From Eledone cirrhosa (taxonomy: Eukaryota), in contig OZ024748.1 in assembly GCA_964016885.1 (NCBI GenBank), forward strand, positions 33,666,001 through 33,730,000: a stretch of 64,000 nt of DNA, given 5' to 3'. The notes beneath the pieces were generated by a model. It was not told where the DNA came from. It made no database searches and worked only from the letters and a program-made list of their open reading frames with translations. Of the stretch, positions 1 to 15,100 are shown one piece after another (within the stretch, counting starts at the first letter, position 1; every line of letters starts with the position of its first letter). The position numbers were made by a program, and so were the translations under genes.

Positions 1-1149
1 ATGAATCAGAGGTGGTGAGGTGGACATTAGGTGGAGTGAATCAGTGGTGGTGGACATTAGTTGGAGTGCATCAGTGGTGGTGGACATTAGGTGGAGTGAA
101 TCAATGGTGGTGTGGTGGACATTAGGTGGTGTGAATCAGTGGTGGTGGGCATTAGGTGGAGTGAATCAGTGGCGGTGTGGTGAACATGAGGTAGAGTGAA
201 TCAGTGGTGGTTGACATTAGGTGGACTGAATCAGTGGTGGTGGACTTTAGGATGACTGAATCAGTGGTGGTGGACATTAGGTGGAGTGAATCAGTGGTGG
301 TTGACATTAGGTGGAGTGAATCAATGGTGTTGTGGTGAACATGAGGTAGAGTGAATCATTGGTGGTGAACATTAGGTAGAGGGAATCAGTGGTGGTCGAC
401 ATTAGGGAGAATGAATCAGTGGTGGTGGACTTTAGGTGGAGTGAATCAGTGGTGGTGTGGTGAACATGAGGTAGAGTAAATCAGTGGTGGTGGACATTAG
501 GTGGAGTGAATCAGTGGTGGTTGACATTAGGTAGAGTGAATCGGGGGTGTTGGCCATTACCTAGAGTAAATCAGTGGTGGTGGGCATTAGGTGGTGTGAA
601 TGAGTGGTGGTTGACTTTAGATGGACTGAATCAGTGGTGGTGGACTTTAGGTGGAGTGAATCAGTGGAGGTGGACATTAGGTGGTATGAATCAGTGGTGG
701 TGTGGTGAACATGAGGTAGAGTAAAACAGTGGTGGTGGACATTAGGTAGAGTGAATCGGTGGTGGTGGGCATTAGGTGGAGTGAATCAGTGGAGGTGGAC
801 ATTAGGTGGAGTGAATCAGTGGTGGTAGACATTAGGTGCAGTGAATCGGTGGTGGTGGCCATTAGCTAGAGCAAATCAGTGGTGGTGGACTTTAGGTGGA
901 GTGAATCAGTGGTGGTGGACATTAGGTGGAATGAATCAATGGTGGTGGACATTAGGTAGCGTGAATCAGTGGTGGTGGACATTAGGTGGAGGGAATCAGT
1001 GGTGGTGGACATTAGGTAGAGTGAATCAGTGGTGGTGGACATTTGCTGCAGTGAATCAGTGGTGGTGGACATTAGGTAGAGGGAATCAATGGTGGTGTGG
1101 TGAACATAAGGTAGAGTGAATCATTGGTGGTGGACATTAGGTGGAGGGA

Positions 1150-1720
1150 ATCAGTGGTGGTGGACATTAGGTAGAGTAAATCAGTGGTGGTGTGGTGGAC
1201 ATTAGGTGGAATAAATCAGTGGTGGTGGACATTAGCTGGAGTGAATCGGTGGTGGTGGACATTAGCCGGAGTGAATCAGTGGTGGTGGACATTAGCTGGA
1301 GTGAATCAGTGGTGGTGGACATTAGGTGGAGTGAATCGGTGGTGGTGGACATTAGGTAGAGTAAATCAGTGGTGGTGTGGTGGACATTAGGTGGAATAAA
1401 TCAGTGGTGGTGGACATTAGCTGGAGTGAATCGGTGGTGGTGGACATTAGCCGGAGTGAATCAGTGGTGGTGGACATTAGCTGGAGTGAATCAGTGGTGG
1501 TGGACATTAGGTGGAGTGAATCGGTGGTGGTGGACATTAGGTAGAGTAAATCAGTGGTGGTGTGGTGGACATTAGGTGGAATAAATCAGTGGTGGTGGAC
1601 ATTAGCTGGAGTGAATCGGTGGTGGTGGACATTAGCCGGAGTGAATCAGTGGTGGTGGACATTAGGTGGAGTGAATCGGTGGTGGTGGACATTAGGTAGA
1701 GTAAATCAGTGGTGGTGGAC
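1150..1720 (+). repeat. 185-bp higher-order repeat (5x30 + 1x35 bp), about 3 copies
   Basis: The diagnostic variants GGAATAAATCAG and TTAGCCGGAG recur at 185-bp spacing. The ORF track shows matching peptides at 1167, 1352 and 1537. Confidence 0.9.
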
Positions 1721-2679
1721 ATTAGGTGGAGTGAATCAGTGGTGGTGGACATTAGGTGGAATGAATCAGAGGTGGTGAGGTTGACATTAGGTGGAGTGAA
1801 TCAGTGTTGGTGGGGTGGATATGAGGTAGAGTGAATCAGGGGTGGTGGACATTAGGTGGAGAGAATCAGTGGTGGTGGACATTAGGTGGAGTGAATCAGT
1901 GGTGGTGGACATTAGGTGATTTGAATCAGTGGTCGTGAACATTAGGTGGAGTTAATCAGTGGTGGTGGACATTAGGTGGAATGAATCAATTGCGGTGGAC
2001 ATTATGTGGAGAGAATCAGTGGTGGTGGTCATTAGGTGGAATGACTCAGTGGGGGTGGACATTATGTGGAGTGAATCTGGTGGTTTGGTGGACATTAGAT
2101 AGAGTGAATGAGTGGTGGTGGACATTATGTGGGAGTGAATGAGTGGTGGTGGACATTATGTAGAGTGAATCAGTTGTGGTGGACATTGGGTAGAGGGAAT
2201 TAATGGTGGTGGACATTGGGTGGAGTGAATCAGTGGGGGTGGACATTAGGTGGACTGAATCAGTGGTGGTGGACATTAGCTGGAGTGAATCAGTGGTGGT
2301 GGACATTAGGTGGAGTGAATCAGTGGTGGTGGACATTAGGTGGAGTGAATCGGTGGTGGTGGACATTAGCTAGAGCAAATCGGTGATGGTGGACATTAGG
2401 CAGAGTGAATCAGTGGTGGTGGACATTATGTGGAGAGAATCAGTGGTGGTGGACATTAGGTGATGTGAATCAATGTTGGTAGACATTATGTGGAGTGAAT
2501 CAGTGGTGATGGACATCAGGTGGAGAGAATCAGTGGTGGTGGACATTAGCTGGAGTGAATCAGTGGTGGTGGACATTAGGTGGTGTGAATCAATGTTGGT
2601 AGACATTATGTGGAGTGAATCAGTGGTGGTGGACATCAGGTGGACTGAATCAGTGGTGGTGGACTTTAGGTGGACTGAA

Positions 2680-5600
2680 TCAGTGGTGGTGGACTTTAGG
2701 TTGACTGAATCAGTGGTGGTTGACATTAGGTGGAGTGAATCAATGGTGTTGTGGTGAACATGAGGTAGAGTGAATCATTGGTGGTGGACATTAGGTGGAG
2801 GGAATCAGTGGTGGTCGACATTAGGGAGAATGAATCAGTGGTGGTGGACATTAGCTGAAGTGAATCAGTGGTTGTGGACATTAGGTGGAATGAATCAGAG
2901 GTGGTGAGGTGGACATTAGGTGGAGTGAATCAGTGGTGGTGGACATTAGTTGGAGTGCATCAGTGGTGGTGGACATTAGGTGGAGTGAATCAATGGTGGT
3001 GTGGTGGACATTAGGTGGTGTGAATCAGTGGTGGTGGGCATTAGGTGGAGTGAATCAGTGGTGGTGTGGTGAACATGAGGTAGAGTGAATCAGTGGTGGT
3101 TGACTTTAGGTGGACTGAATCAGTGGTGGTGGACTTTAGGATGACTGAATCAGTGGTGGTGGACATTAGGTGGAGTGAATAAGTGGTGGTTGACATTAGG
3201 TGGAGTGAATCAATGGTGTTGTGGTGAACATGAGGTAGAGTGAATCATTGGTGGTGGACATTAGGTGGAGGGAATCAGTGGTGGTCGACATTAGGGAGAA
3301 CGAATCAGTGGTGGTGGACATTAGCTGAAGTGAATCAGTGGTGGTGGACATTAGCTGAAGTGAATCAGTGGTGGTAAACATTAGGTGGAATGAATCAGAG
3401 GTGGTGTGGTGGACATTAGGTGGTGTGAATCAGTGGTGGTGGGCATTAGGTGGAGTGAATCAGTTGTGGTGGACATTAGGTGGAGTGAATCTGTGGTGGT
3501 TGACATTAGGTAGAGTGAATCGGGGGTGTTGGCCATTACCTAGAGTAAATCAGTGGTGGTGGGCATTAGGTGGTGTGAATGAGTGGTGGTTGACTTTAGA
3601 TGGACTGAATCAGTGGTGGTGGACTTTAGGTGGAGTGAATCAGTGGAGGTGGACTTTAGGTGGAGTGAATCAGTGGTGGTGGACATTATGTGGAGTGAAT
3701 CAGTGGTGGTAGACATTATGTGGAGTGAATCAGTGGTGGTGGACATTAGCTGGAGGGAATCAGTGGTGGTGTGGTGAACATGAGGTAGAGTGAATCATTG
3801 GTGGTGGACATTAGGTGGAGGGAATCAGTGGTGGTGGACATTAGGTAGAGTGAATCAGTGGTGGTGGACATTTGCTGGAGTGAATCAGCGGTGGTGGACA
3901 TTAGGTGGAGTGAATCAGTGGTGATGGACATTAGGTAGAGTGAATCAGTGGTGGTAGACATTAGGTTGAGTGAATCAGTGGTGGTGGACATTAGGTGGAG
4001 TGAATCAGTGGTGGTGTGGTTGACATTAGGTGGAGTGAATCAGTGGTGGTGGACATTAGGGGGAGTGAATCAGTGGTGATGGACATTAGGTAGAGTGAAT
4101 CAGTGGTGGTGGACATTAGCTGGAGTGAATCATTGGTGGTGGACATTAGGTGGTATGAATCAGTGGTGGTGTGGTGAACATGAGGTAGAGTAAAACAGTG
4201 GTGGTGGACATTAGGTGGAGTGAATCGGTGGTGGTGGCCATTAGTTAGAGCAAATCAGTGGTGGTGGACTTTAGGTGGAGTGAATCAGTGGTGGTGGACA
4301 TTAGGTGGAGGGAATCAGTGGTGGTGGACATTAGGTAGAGTGAATCAGTGGTGGTGGACATTTGCTGCAGTGAATCAGTGGTGGTGGACATTAGGTAGAG
4401 TGAATCAGTGGTGGTGTGGTGAACATGAGGTAGAGTAAATCAGTGGTGGTTGATATTAGGTAGAGTGAATCGGTGGTGGTGGCCATTACCTAGAGTGAAT
4501 CAGTGGTGGTTGACTTTAGATGGACTGAATCAGTGGTGGTGGACTTTAGGTGGAGTGAATCAGTGAAGGTGGACATTAGGTGGAGTGAATCAGTGGTGGT
4601 GTGGTGAACATAAGGTAGAGTGAATCATTGATGGTGGACATTAGGTGGTGGGAATCATTGGTGGTGGACATTTGCTGCAGTGAATCAGTGGTGGTGGACA
4701 TTAGGTAGAGTGAGTCAGTGGTGGTGGACATTTGCTGCAGTGAATCAGTGGTGGTGGACATTAGGTGGAGTGAATCAGTGGTGGTGGACATTAGGTAGAG
4801 TGAATCAGTGGTGGAGGACATTAGGTAGAGTAAATCAGTGGTGGTGGAAATTAGCTGGAGTGAATCAGTGGTGGTGGACATTAGGTGGAGTGAATCGGTG
4901 GTGGTGGACATTAGGAGGAGTGAATCAATGGTGGTGGACATTATGTGGTTTGAATCAACGTTGGTAGACATTATGTGGAGTGAATCAGTGGTGGTGGACT
5001 TTGGAGTGAATCAGTGGTGGTGGACTTTAGGTGGACTATTTCAGTGGTGGTGGACTTTAGGTTGACTGAATCAGTGGTGGTTGACATTAGGTGGAGTGAA
5101 TCAATGGTGTTGTGGTGAACATGAGGTAGAGTGAATCATTGGTGGTGGACATTAGGTGGAGGGAATCAGTGGTGGTCGACATTAGGGAGAATGAATCAGT
5201 GGTGGTGGACATTAGCTGAAGTGAATCAGTGGTTGTGGACATTAGGTGGAATGAATCAGAGGTGGTGAGGTGGACATTAGGTGGAGTGAATCAGTGGTGG
5301 TGGACATTAGTTGGAGTGCATCAGTGGTGGTGGACATTAGGTGGAGTGAATCAATGGTGGTGTGGTGGACATTAGGTGGTGTGAATCAGTGGTGGTGGGC
5401 ATTAGGTGGAGTGAATCAGTGGTGGTGTGGTGAACATGAGGTAGAGTGAATCAGTGGTGGTTGACTTTAGGTGGACTGAATCAGTGGTGGTGGACTTTAG
5501 GATGACTGAATCAGTGGTGGTGGACATTAGGTGGAGTGAATAAGTGGTGGTTGACATTAGGTGGAGTCAATCAATGGTGTTGTGGTGAACATGAGGTAGA

Positions 5601-8600
5601 GTGAATCATTGGTGGTGGACATTAGGTGGAGGGAATCAGTGGTGGTCGACATTAGGGAGAACGAATCAGTGGTGGTGGACATTAGCTGAAGTGAATCAGT
5701 GGTGGTGGACATTAGCTGAAGTGAATCAGTGGTGGTAAACATTAGGTGGAATGAATCAGAGGTGGTGTGGTGGACATTAGGTGGTGTGAATCAGTGGTGG
5801 TGGGCATTAGGTGGAGTGAATCAGTTGTGGTGGACATTAGGTGGAGTGAATCTGTGGTGGTTGACATTAGGTAGAGTGAATCGGGGGTGTTGGCCATTAC
5901 CTAGAGTAAATCAGTGGTGGTGGGCATTAGGTGGTGTGAATGAGTGGTGGTTGACTTTAGATGGACTGAATCAGTGGTGGTGGACTTTAGGTGGAGTGAA
6001 TCAGTGGAGGTGGACTTTAGGTGGAGTGAATCAGTGGTGGTGGACATTATGTGGAGTGAATCAGTGGTGGTAGACATTATGTGGAGTGAATCAGTGGTGG
6101 TGGACATTAGCTGGAGGGAATCAGTGGTGGTGTGGTGAACATGAGGTAGAGTGAATCATTGGTGGTGGACATTAGGTGGAGGGAATCAGTGGTGGTGGAC
6201 ATTAGGTAGAGTGAATCAGTGGTGGTGGACATTTGCTGGAGTGAATCAGCGGTGGTGGACATTAGGTGGAGTGAATCAGTGGTGATGGACATTAGGTAGA
6301 GTGAATCAGTGGTGGTAGACATTAGGTTGAGTGAATCAGTGGTGGTGGACATTAGGTGGAGTGAATCAGTGGTGGTGTGGTTGACATTAGGTGGAGTGAA
6401 TCAGTGGTGGTGGACATTAGGGGGAGTGAATCAGTGGTGATGGACATTAGGTAGAGTGAATCAGTGGTGGTGGACATTAGCTGGAGTGAATCATTGGTGG
6501 TGGACATTAGGTGGTATGAATCAGTGGTGGTGTGGTGAACATGAGGTAGAGTAAAACAGTGGTGGTGGACATTAGGTGGAGTGAATCGGTGGTGGTGGCC
6601 ATTAGTTAGAGCAAATCAGTGGTGGTGGACTTTAGGTGGAGTGAATCAGTGGTGGTGGACATTAGGTGGAGGGAATCAGTGGTGGTGGACATTAGGTAGA
6701 GTGAATCAGTGGTGGTGGACATTTGCTGCAGTGAATCAGTGGTGGTGGACATTAGGTAGAGTGAATCAGTGGTGGTGTGGTGAACATGAGGTAGAGTAAA
6801 TCAGTGGTGGTTGATATTAGGTAGAGTGAATCGGTGGTGGTGGCCATTACCTAGAGTGAATCAGTGGTGGTTGACTTTAGATGGACTGAATCAGTGGTGG
6901 TGGACTTTAGGTGGAGTGAATCAGTGAAGGTGGACATTAGGTGGAGTGAATCAGTGGTGGTGTGGTGAACATAAGGTAGAGTGAATCATTGATGGTGGAC
7001 ATTAGGTGGTGGGAATCATTGGTGGTGGACATTTGCTGCAGTGAATCAGTGGTGGTGGACATTAGGTAGAGTGAGTCAGTGGTGGTGGACATTTGCTGCA
7101 GTGAATCAGTGGTGGTGGACATTAGGTGGAGTGAATCAGTGGTGGTGGACATTAGGTAGAGTGAATCAGTGGTGGAGGACATTAGGTAGAGTAAATCAGT
7201 GGTGGTGGAAATTAGCTGGAGTGAATCAGTGGTGGTGGACATTAGGTGGAGTGAATCGGTGGTGGTGGACATTAGGAGGAGTGAATCAATGGTGGTGGAC
7301 ATTATGTGGTTTGAATCAACGTTGGTAGACATTATGTGGAGTGAATCAGTGGTGGTGGACTTTGGAGTGAATCAGTGGTGGTGGACTTTAGGTGGACTAT
7401 TTCAGTGGTGGTGGACTTTAGGTTGACTGAATCAGTGGTGGTTGACATTAGGTGGAGTGAATCAATGGTGTTGTGGTGAACATGAGGTAGAGTGAATCAT
7501 TGGTGGTGGACATTAGGTGGAGGGAATCAGTGGTGGTCGACATTAGGGAGAATGAATCAGTGGTGGTGGACATTAGCTGAAGTGAATCAGTGGTTGTGGA
7601 CATTAGGTGGAATGAATCAGAGGTGGTGAGGTGGACATTAGGTGGAGTGAATCAGTGGTGGTGGACATTAGTTGGAGTGCATCAGTGGTGGTGGACATTA
7701 GGTGGAGTGAATCAATGGTGGTGTGGTGGACATTAGGTGGTGTGAATCAGTGGTGGTGGGCATTAGGTGGAGTGAATCAGTGGTGGTGTGGTGAACATGA
7801 GGTAGAGTGAATCAGTGGTGGTTGACTTTAGGTGGACTGAATCAGTGGTGGTGGACTTTAGGATGACTGAATCAGTGGTGGTGGACATTAGGTGGAGTGA
7901 ATAAGTGGTGGTTGACATTAGGTGGAGTGAATCAATGGTGTTGTGGTGAACATGAGGTAGAGTGAATCATTGGTGGTGGACATTAGGTGGAGGGAATCAG
8001 TGGTGGTCGACATTAGGGAGAACGAATCAGTGGTGGTGGACATTAGCTGAAGTGAATCAGTGGTGGTGGACATTAGCTGAAGTGAATCAGTGGTGGTAAA
8101 CATTAGGTGGAATGAATCAGAGGTGGTGTGGTGGACATTAGGTGGTGTGAATCAGTGGTGGTGGGCATTAGGTGGAGTGAATCAGTTGTGGTGGACATTA
8201 GGTGGAGTGAATCTGTGGTGGTTGACATTAGGTAGAGTGAATCGGGGGTGTTGGCCATTACCTAGAGTAAATCAGTGGTGGTGGGCATTAGGTGGTGTGA
8301 ATGAGTGGTGGTTGACTTTAGATGGACTGAATCAGTGGTGGTGGACTTTAGGTGGAGTGAATCAGTGGAGGTGGACTTTAGGTGGAGTGAATCAGTGGTG
8401 GTGGACATTATGTGGAGTGAATCAGTGGTGGTAGACATTATGTGGAGTGAATCAGTGGTGGTGGACATTAGCTGGAGGGAATCAGTGGTGGTGTGGTGAA
8501 CATGAGGTAGAGTGAATCATTGGTGGTGGACATTAGGTGGAGGGAATCAGTGGTGGTGGACATTAGGTAGAGTGAATCAGTGGTGGTGGACATTTGCTGG

Positions 8601-11600
8601 AGTGAATCAGCGGTGGTGGACATTAGGTGGAGTGAATCAGTGGTGATGGACATTAGGTAGAGTGAATCAGTGGTGGTAGACATTAGGTTGAGTGAATCAG
8701 TGGTGGTGGACATTAGGTGGAGTGAATCAGTGGTGGTGTGGTTGACATTAGGTGGAGTGAATCAGTGGTGGTGGACATTAGGGGGAGTGAATCAGTGGTG
8801 ATGGACATTAGGTAGAGTGAATCAGTGGTGGTGGACATTAGCTGGAGTGAATCATTGGTGGTGGACATTAGGTGGTATGAATCAGTGGTGGTGTGGTGAA
8901 CATGAGGTAGAGTAAAACAGTGGTGGTGGACATTAGGTGGAGTGAATCGGTGGTGGTGGCCATTAGTTAGAGCAAATCAGTGGTGGTGGACTTTAGGTGG
9001 AGTGAATCAGTGGTGGTGGACATTAGGTGGAGAGAATCAGTGGTGGTGGACATTAGGTAGAGTGAATCAGTGGTGGTGGACATTTGCTGCAGTGAATCAG
9101 TGGTGGTGGACATTAGGTAGAGTGAATCAGTGGTGGTGTGGTGAACATGAGGTAGAGTAAATCAGTGGTGGTTGATATTAGGTAGAGTGAATCGGTGGTG
9201 GTGGCCATTACCTAGAGTGAATCAGTGGTGGTTGACTTTAGATGGACTGAATCAGTGGTGGTGGACTTTAGGTGGAGTGAATCAGTGAAGGTGGACATTA
9301 GGTGGAGTGAATCAGTGGTGGTGTGGTGAACATAAGGTAGAGTGAATCATTGATGGTGGACATTAGGTGGTGGGAATCATTGGTGGTGGACATTTGCTGC
9401 AGTGAATCAGTGGTGGTGGACATTAGGTAGAGTGAGTCAGTGGTGGTGGACATTTGCTGCAGTGAATCAGTGGTGGTGGACATTAGGTGGAGTGAATCAG
9501 TGGTGGTGGACATTAGGTAGAGTGAATCAGTGGTGGAGGACATTAGGTAGAGTAAATCAGTGGTGGTGGAAATTAGCTGGAGTGAATCAGTGGTGGTGGA
9601 CATTAGGTGGAGTGAATCGGTGGTGGTGGACATTAGGAGGAGTGAATCAATGGTGGTGGACATTATGTGGTTTGAATCAACGTTGGTAGACATTATGTGG
9701 AGTGAATCAGTGGTGGTGGACTTTGGAGTGAATCAGTGGTGGTGGACTTTAGGTGGACTATTTCAGTGGTGGTGGACTTTAGGTTGACTGAATCAGTGGT
9801 GGTTGACATTAGGTGGAGTGAATCAATGGTGTTGTGGTGAACATGAGGTAGAGTGAATCATTGGTGGTGGACATTAGGTGGAGGGAATCAGTGGTGGTCG
9901 ACATTAGGGAGAATGAATCAGTGGTGGTGGACATTAGCTGAAGTGAATCAGTGGTTGTGGACATTAGGTGGAATGAATCAGAGGTGGTGAGGTGGACATT
10001 AGGTGGAGTGAATCAGTGGTGGTGGACATTAGTTGGAGTGCATCAGTGGTGGTGGACATTAGGTGGAGTGAATCAATGGTGGTGTGGTGGACATTAGGTG
10101 GTGTGAATCAGTGGTGGTGGGCATTAGGTGGAGTGAATCAGTGGTGGTGTGGTGAACATGAGGTAGAGTGAATCAGTGGTGGTTGACTTTAGGTGGACTG
10201 AATCAGTGGTGGTGGACTTTAGGATGACTGAATCAGTGGTGGTGGACATTAGGTGGAGTGAATAAGTGGTGGTTGACATTAGGTGGAGTGAATCAATGGT
10301 GTTGTGGTGAACATGAGGTAGAGTGAATCATTGGTGGTGGACATTAGGTGGAGGGAATCAGTGGTGGTCGACATTAGGGAGAACGAATCAGTGGTGGTGG
10401 ACATTAGCTGAAGTGAATCAGTGGTGGTGGACATTAGCTGAAGTGAATCAGTGGTGGTAAACATTAGGTGGAATGAATCAGAGGTGGTGTGGTGGACATT
10501 AGGTGGTGTGAATCAGTGGTGGTGGGCATTAGGTGGAGTGAATCAGTTGTGGTGGACATTAGGTGGAGTGAATCTGTGGTGGTTGACATTAGGTAGAGTG
10601 AATCGGGGGTGTTGGCCATTACCTAGAGTAAATCAGTGGTGGTGGGCATTAGGTGGTGTGAATGAGTGGTGGTTGACTTTAGATGGACTGAATCAGTGGT
10701 GGTGGACTTTAGGTGGAGTGAATCAGTGGAGGTGGACTTTAGGTGGAGTGAATCAGTGGTGGTGGACATTATGTGGAGTGAATCAGTGGTGGTAGACATT
10801 ATGTGGAGTGAATCAGTGGTGGTGGACATTAGCTGGAGGGAATCAGTGGTGGTGTGGTGAACATGAGGTAGAGTGAATCATTGGTGGTGGACATTAGGTG
10901 GAGGGAATCAGTGGTGGTGGACATTAGGTAGAGTGAATCAGTGGTGGTGGACATTTGCTGGAGTGAATCAGCGGTGGTGGACATTAGGTGGAGTGAATCA
11001 GTGGTGATGGACATTAGGTAGAGTGAATCAGTGGTGGTAGACATTAGGTTGAGTGAATCAGTGGTGGTGGACATTAGGTGGAGTGAATCAGTGGTGGTGT
11101 GGTTGACATTAGGTGGAGTGAATCAGTGGTGGTGGACATTAGGGGGAGTGAATCAGTGGTGATGGACATTAGGTAGAGTGAATCAGTGGTGGTGGACATT
11201 AGCTGGAGTGAATCATTGGTGGTGGACATTAGGTGGTATGAATCAGTGGTGGTGTGGTGAACATGAGGTAGAGTAAAACAGTGGTGGTGGACATTAGGTG
11301 GAGTGAATCGGTGGTGGTGGCCATTAGTTAGAGCAAATCAGTGGTGGTGGACTTTAGGTGGAGTGAATCAGTGGTGGTGGACATTAGGTGGAGGGAATCA
11401 GTGGTGGTGGACATTAGGTAGAGTGAATCAGTGGTGGTGGACATTTGCTGCAGTGAATCAGTGGTGGTGGATATTAGGTAGAGTGAATCAGTGGTGGTGT
11501 GGTGAACATGAGGTAGAGTAAATCAGTGGTGGTTGATATTAGGTAGAGTGAATCGGTGGTGGTGGCCATTACCTAGAGTGAATCAGTGGTGGTTGACTTT

Positions 11601-12164
11601 AGATGGACTGAATCAGTGGTGGTGGACTTTAGGTGGAGTGAATCAGTGAAGGTGGACATTAGGTGGAGTGAATCAGTGGTGGTGTGGTGAACATAAGGTA
11701 GAGTGAATCATTGATGGTGGACATTAGGTGGTGGGAATCATTGGTGGTGGACATTTGCTGCAGTGAATCAGTGGTGGTGGACATTAGGTAGAGTGAGTCA
11801 GTGGTGGTGGACATTTGCTGCAGTGAATCAGTGGTGGTGGACATTAGGTGGAGTGAATCAGTGGTGGTGGACATTAGGTAGAGTGAATCAGTGGTGGAGG
11901 ACATTAGGTAGAGTAAATCAGTGGTGGTGGAAATTAGCTGGAGTGAATCAGTGGTGGTGGACATTAGGTGGAGTGAATCGGTGGTGGTGGACATTAGGAG
12001 GAGTGAATCAATGGTGGTGGACATTATGTGGTTTGAATCAACGTTGGTAGACATTATGTGGAGTGAATCAGTGGTGGTGGACTTTGGAGTGAATCAGTGG
12101 TGGTGGACTTTAGGTGGACTATTTCAGTGGTGGTGGACTTTAGGTTGACTGAATCAGTGGTGGT
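2680..12164 (+). repeat. 2361-bp higher-order repeat, 4 near-identical tandem copies
   Basis: Identical variant monomers and ORFs recur at 3196, 5557, 7918 and 10279 (offset 2361). By my count each unit is 65x30 + 11x35 + 1x26 bp. Only isolated SNPs seen (5568, 9033, 11472). Confidence 0.95.
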
Positions 12165-15100
12165 GGAGATTAGCTGGAGTGAATCAGTGGTGGTTGACAT
12201 TAGGTGGAGTGAATCAGTGGTGGTGAACATGAGGTAGAGTGAATCATTGGTGGTGGACATTAGGTGGAGGGAATCAGTGGTGGTGGACATTAGGTGGAGT
12301 GAATCAGAGGTGGTGAGGTTGACATTAGGTGGATTGAATCAGTGGTGTTGGACATTAGCTGAAGTGAATCAGTGGTGGTGGACATTAGGTGGAGTGAATC
12401 AGTGGTGGTGGGCATTAATTGGAGTGCATCAGTGGTGGTGCACATTAGGTGGAGTGAATCAGTGGTGTTGGACATTAGGTGGAGTGAATCAGTGGTGGTT
12501 GACATTAGGTGGAGTCAATCAGTGCTGGTGTGGTGGACATTAGCTGGAGTGAATTAGTGGTGGTGGACATTAGGTGGAATGGATCAGTGGTGTTGGACAT
12601 TAGGTGGAGTGAATCAGTGGTGGTTGACATTAGGTGGAGTCAATCAGTGCTGGTGTGGTGGACATTAGCTGGAGTGAATTAGTGGTGGTGGACATTAGGT
12701 GAAGTCAATCAGTGGTGGTGTGGTGGACATTAGGTAGAGTTAATCAGTGCTGGTGGACATTAGGTGGAGTGAATCAGTGGTGGTGGACATTAGGTGGAGT
12801 GAATCATTGGTGGTGGACATTAGCTGGAGTGAATCAGTAGTAGGGTGGCAGACATTACGTGGAGTTAATCAGTGGTGGTGGACATTAGGTGGAGTGAATC
12901 AGTGGTGGTGGACATTAGGTGGAGTGAATCAGTGGTGGTGGACATTAGGTGGAGTCAATCAGTGGTGGTGTGGGGGACATTAGGTAGAGTGAATCATTGG
13001 TGGTGGACATTAGGTGGAGTGAATCAGTGCTGGGGTGGTGGACATTAGGTGAGGTGAATTAGTGCTGGTGGACATTAGATAGAGTGAATCAGTGGTGGTG
13101 GACATTAGGTAGAGTGAATCAGTGGTGGTGGACATTAGGCATAGTGAATCATTGGTGGTGGACATTAGGTAGAGTAAATCAGTGGTGGTGGACATTAGCT
13201 GGAGTGAATCAGTGGTGGTTGACATTAGGTGGAGTGAATCAATGGTGTTGTGGTGAACATGAGGTAGAGTGAATCATTGGTTGTGGACATTAGGTGGAGT
13301 GCATCAGTGGTGGTGCAGATTAGGTGGAGTTAATCAGTTGTGGTGGACATTAGCTGGAGTGAATCATTGGTGGTCGACGTTAGGTGGAGTGAATCAGAGG
13401 TGGTGGACATTAGGTGGGGTGAATTAGTGCTGGTGGACATTAGCTGGAGTGAATCATTGGTGGTGGACGTTAGGTGGAGTGAATCAGAGGTGGTGGACAT
13501 TAGGTGGGGTGTATCAGTGGTGGTGGACATTAAGTAGAGTGAATCAGTGGTGGTGGACATTAGGTGGAGTGGATCAGTGGTGGTGGACATTAGGTGGAGT
13601 GAATCAATGGTGTTGTGGTGAACATGAGGTAGAGTGAATCATTGGTTGTGGACATTAGGTGGAGGGAATCAGTGGTGGTGGACATTAGCTGAAGTGAATC
13701 ATTGGTTGTGGACATTAGGTGGAGGGAATCAGTGGTGGTGGGCATTAGGTGGAGTGCATCAGTGGTGGTGCAGATTAGGTGGAGTTAATCAGTTGTGGTG
13801 GACATTAGCTGGAGTAAATCAGTGGTGGTGGACATTAGCTGGAGTGAATCATTGGTGGTGGACGTTAGGTGGAGTGAATCAGAGGTGGTGGACATTAGGT
13901 GGGGTGAATCAATGGTGGTGGACATTAAGTAGAGTGAATCAGTGGTGGTGGACATTAGGTGGAGTGGATCAGTGGTGGTGGACATTAGGTGGTGTGAATC
14001 AGTGGTGGTGTGGTGGAAATTAGGTGGAGTGAATCAGTGGTGGTGGACATTAGGTGGAGTCAATCAGTGCTGGTGTGGTGGACATTAGGTGGAGTGAATC
14101 AGTGGTGGTGGACATTAGGAAGAGTGAATCAGTGGTGGTGGACATTAGGTGAAGTCAATCAGTGGTGGTGTGGTGGACATTAGGTAGAGTTAATCAGTGC
14201 TGGTGGACATTAGGTGGAGTGAATCATTGGTGGTGAACATTAGCTGGAGTGAATCAGTAGTGGGGAGGCAGATATTAGGTGGAGTTAATCAGTGGGGGTG
14301 GACATTAGGTGGAGTGAATCAGTGGTGGTGGACATTAGGTGGAGTGAATCAGTGGTGGTGGACATTAGCTGGAGTGAATCAGTAGTGGGGAGGCAGATAT
14401 TAGGTGGAGTTAATCAGTGGTGGTGGACTTTAGGTGGAGTCAATCAGTGGTGGTGGACATTAGCTGGAGTGAATCAGTGGTGGTGGACATTAGCTGGAGT
14501 GAATCATTGGTGGTGGACGTTAGGTGGAGTGAATCAGAGGTGGTGGACATTAGGTGGAGTGAATCAGTGGTGGTGGATATTAGGTGGAGTCAATCAGTGG
14601 TGTTGTGGTGGACATTAGGTAGAGTGAATCAGTGCTGGGGTGGTGGACATTAGGTGAGGTGAATTAGTGGTGGTGGACATTAGATAGAGTGAATCAGTGG
14701 TGGTGGACATTAGGTAGAGTGAATCAGTGGTGGTGTGGTGTTGGACATTAGGTGGAGTGAATCAGTGGTGGTGGAAATTAGTTGGAGTGAATCAGTGGTG
14801 GTGTGGGGGACATTAGGTAGAGTGAATCATTGGTGGTGGACATTAGGTGGAGTGAATCAGTGCTTGGGTGGTGGACATTAGGTGGAGTGAATCAGTGGTG
14901 GTGGACATTAGGTAGAGTGAATCAGTGGTGGTGGACATTAGGCAGAGTGAATCATTGGTGGTGGACATTAGGTAGAGTAAATCAGTGGTGGTGGACATTA
15001 GCTGGAGTGAATCAGTGGTGGTTGACATTAGGTGGAGTGAATCAATGGTGTTGTGGTGAACATGAGGTAGAGTGAATCAGTGGTTGTGGACATTAGGTGG

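Noticed and set aside
12749-12756. Chi sequence GCTGGTGG in some monomers
   Set aside because: It is a single G>C change from the consensus GGTGGTGG, and Chi is specific to bacterial RecBCD.
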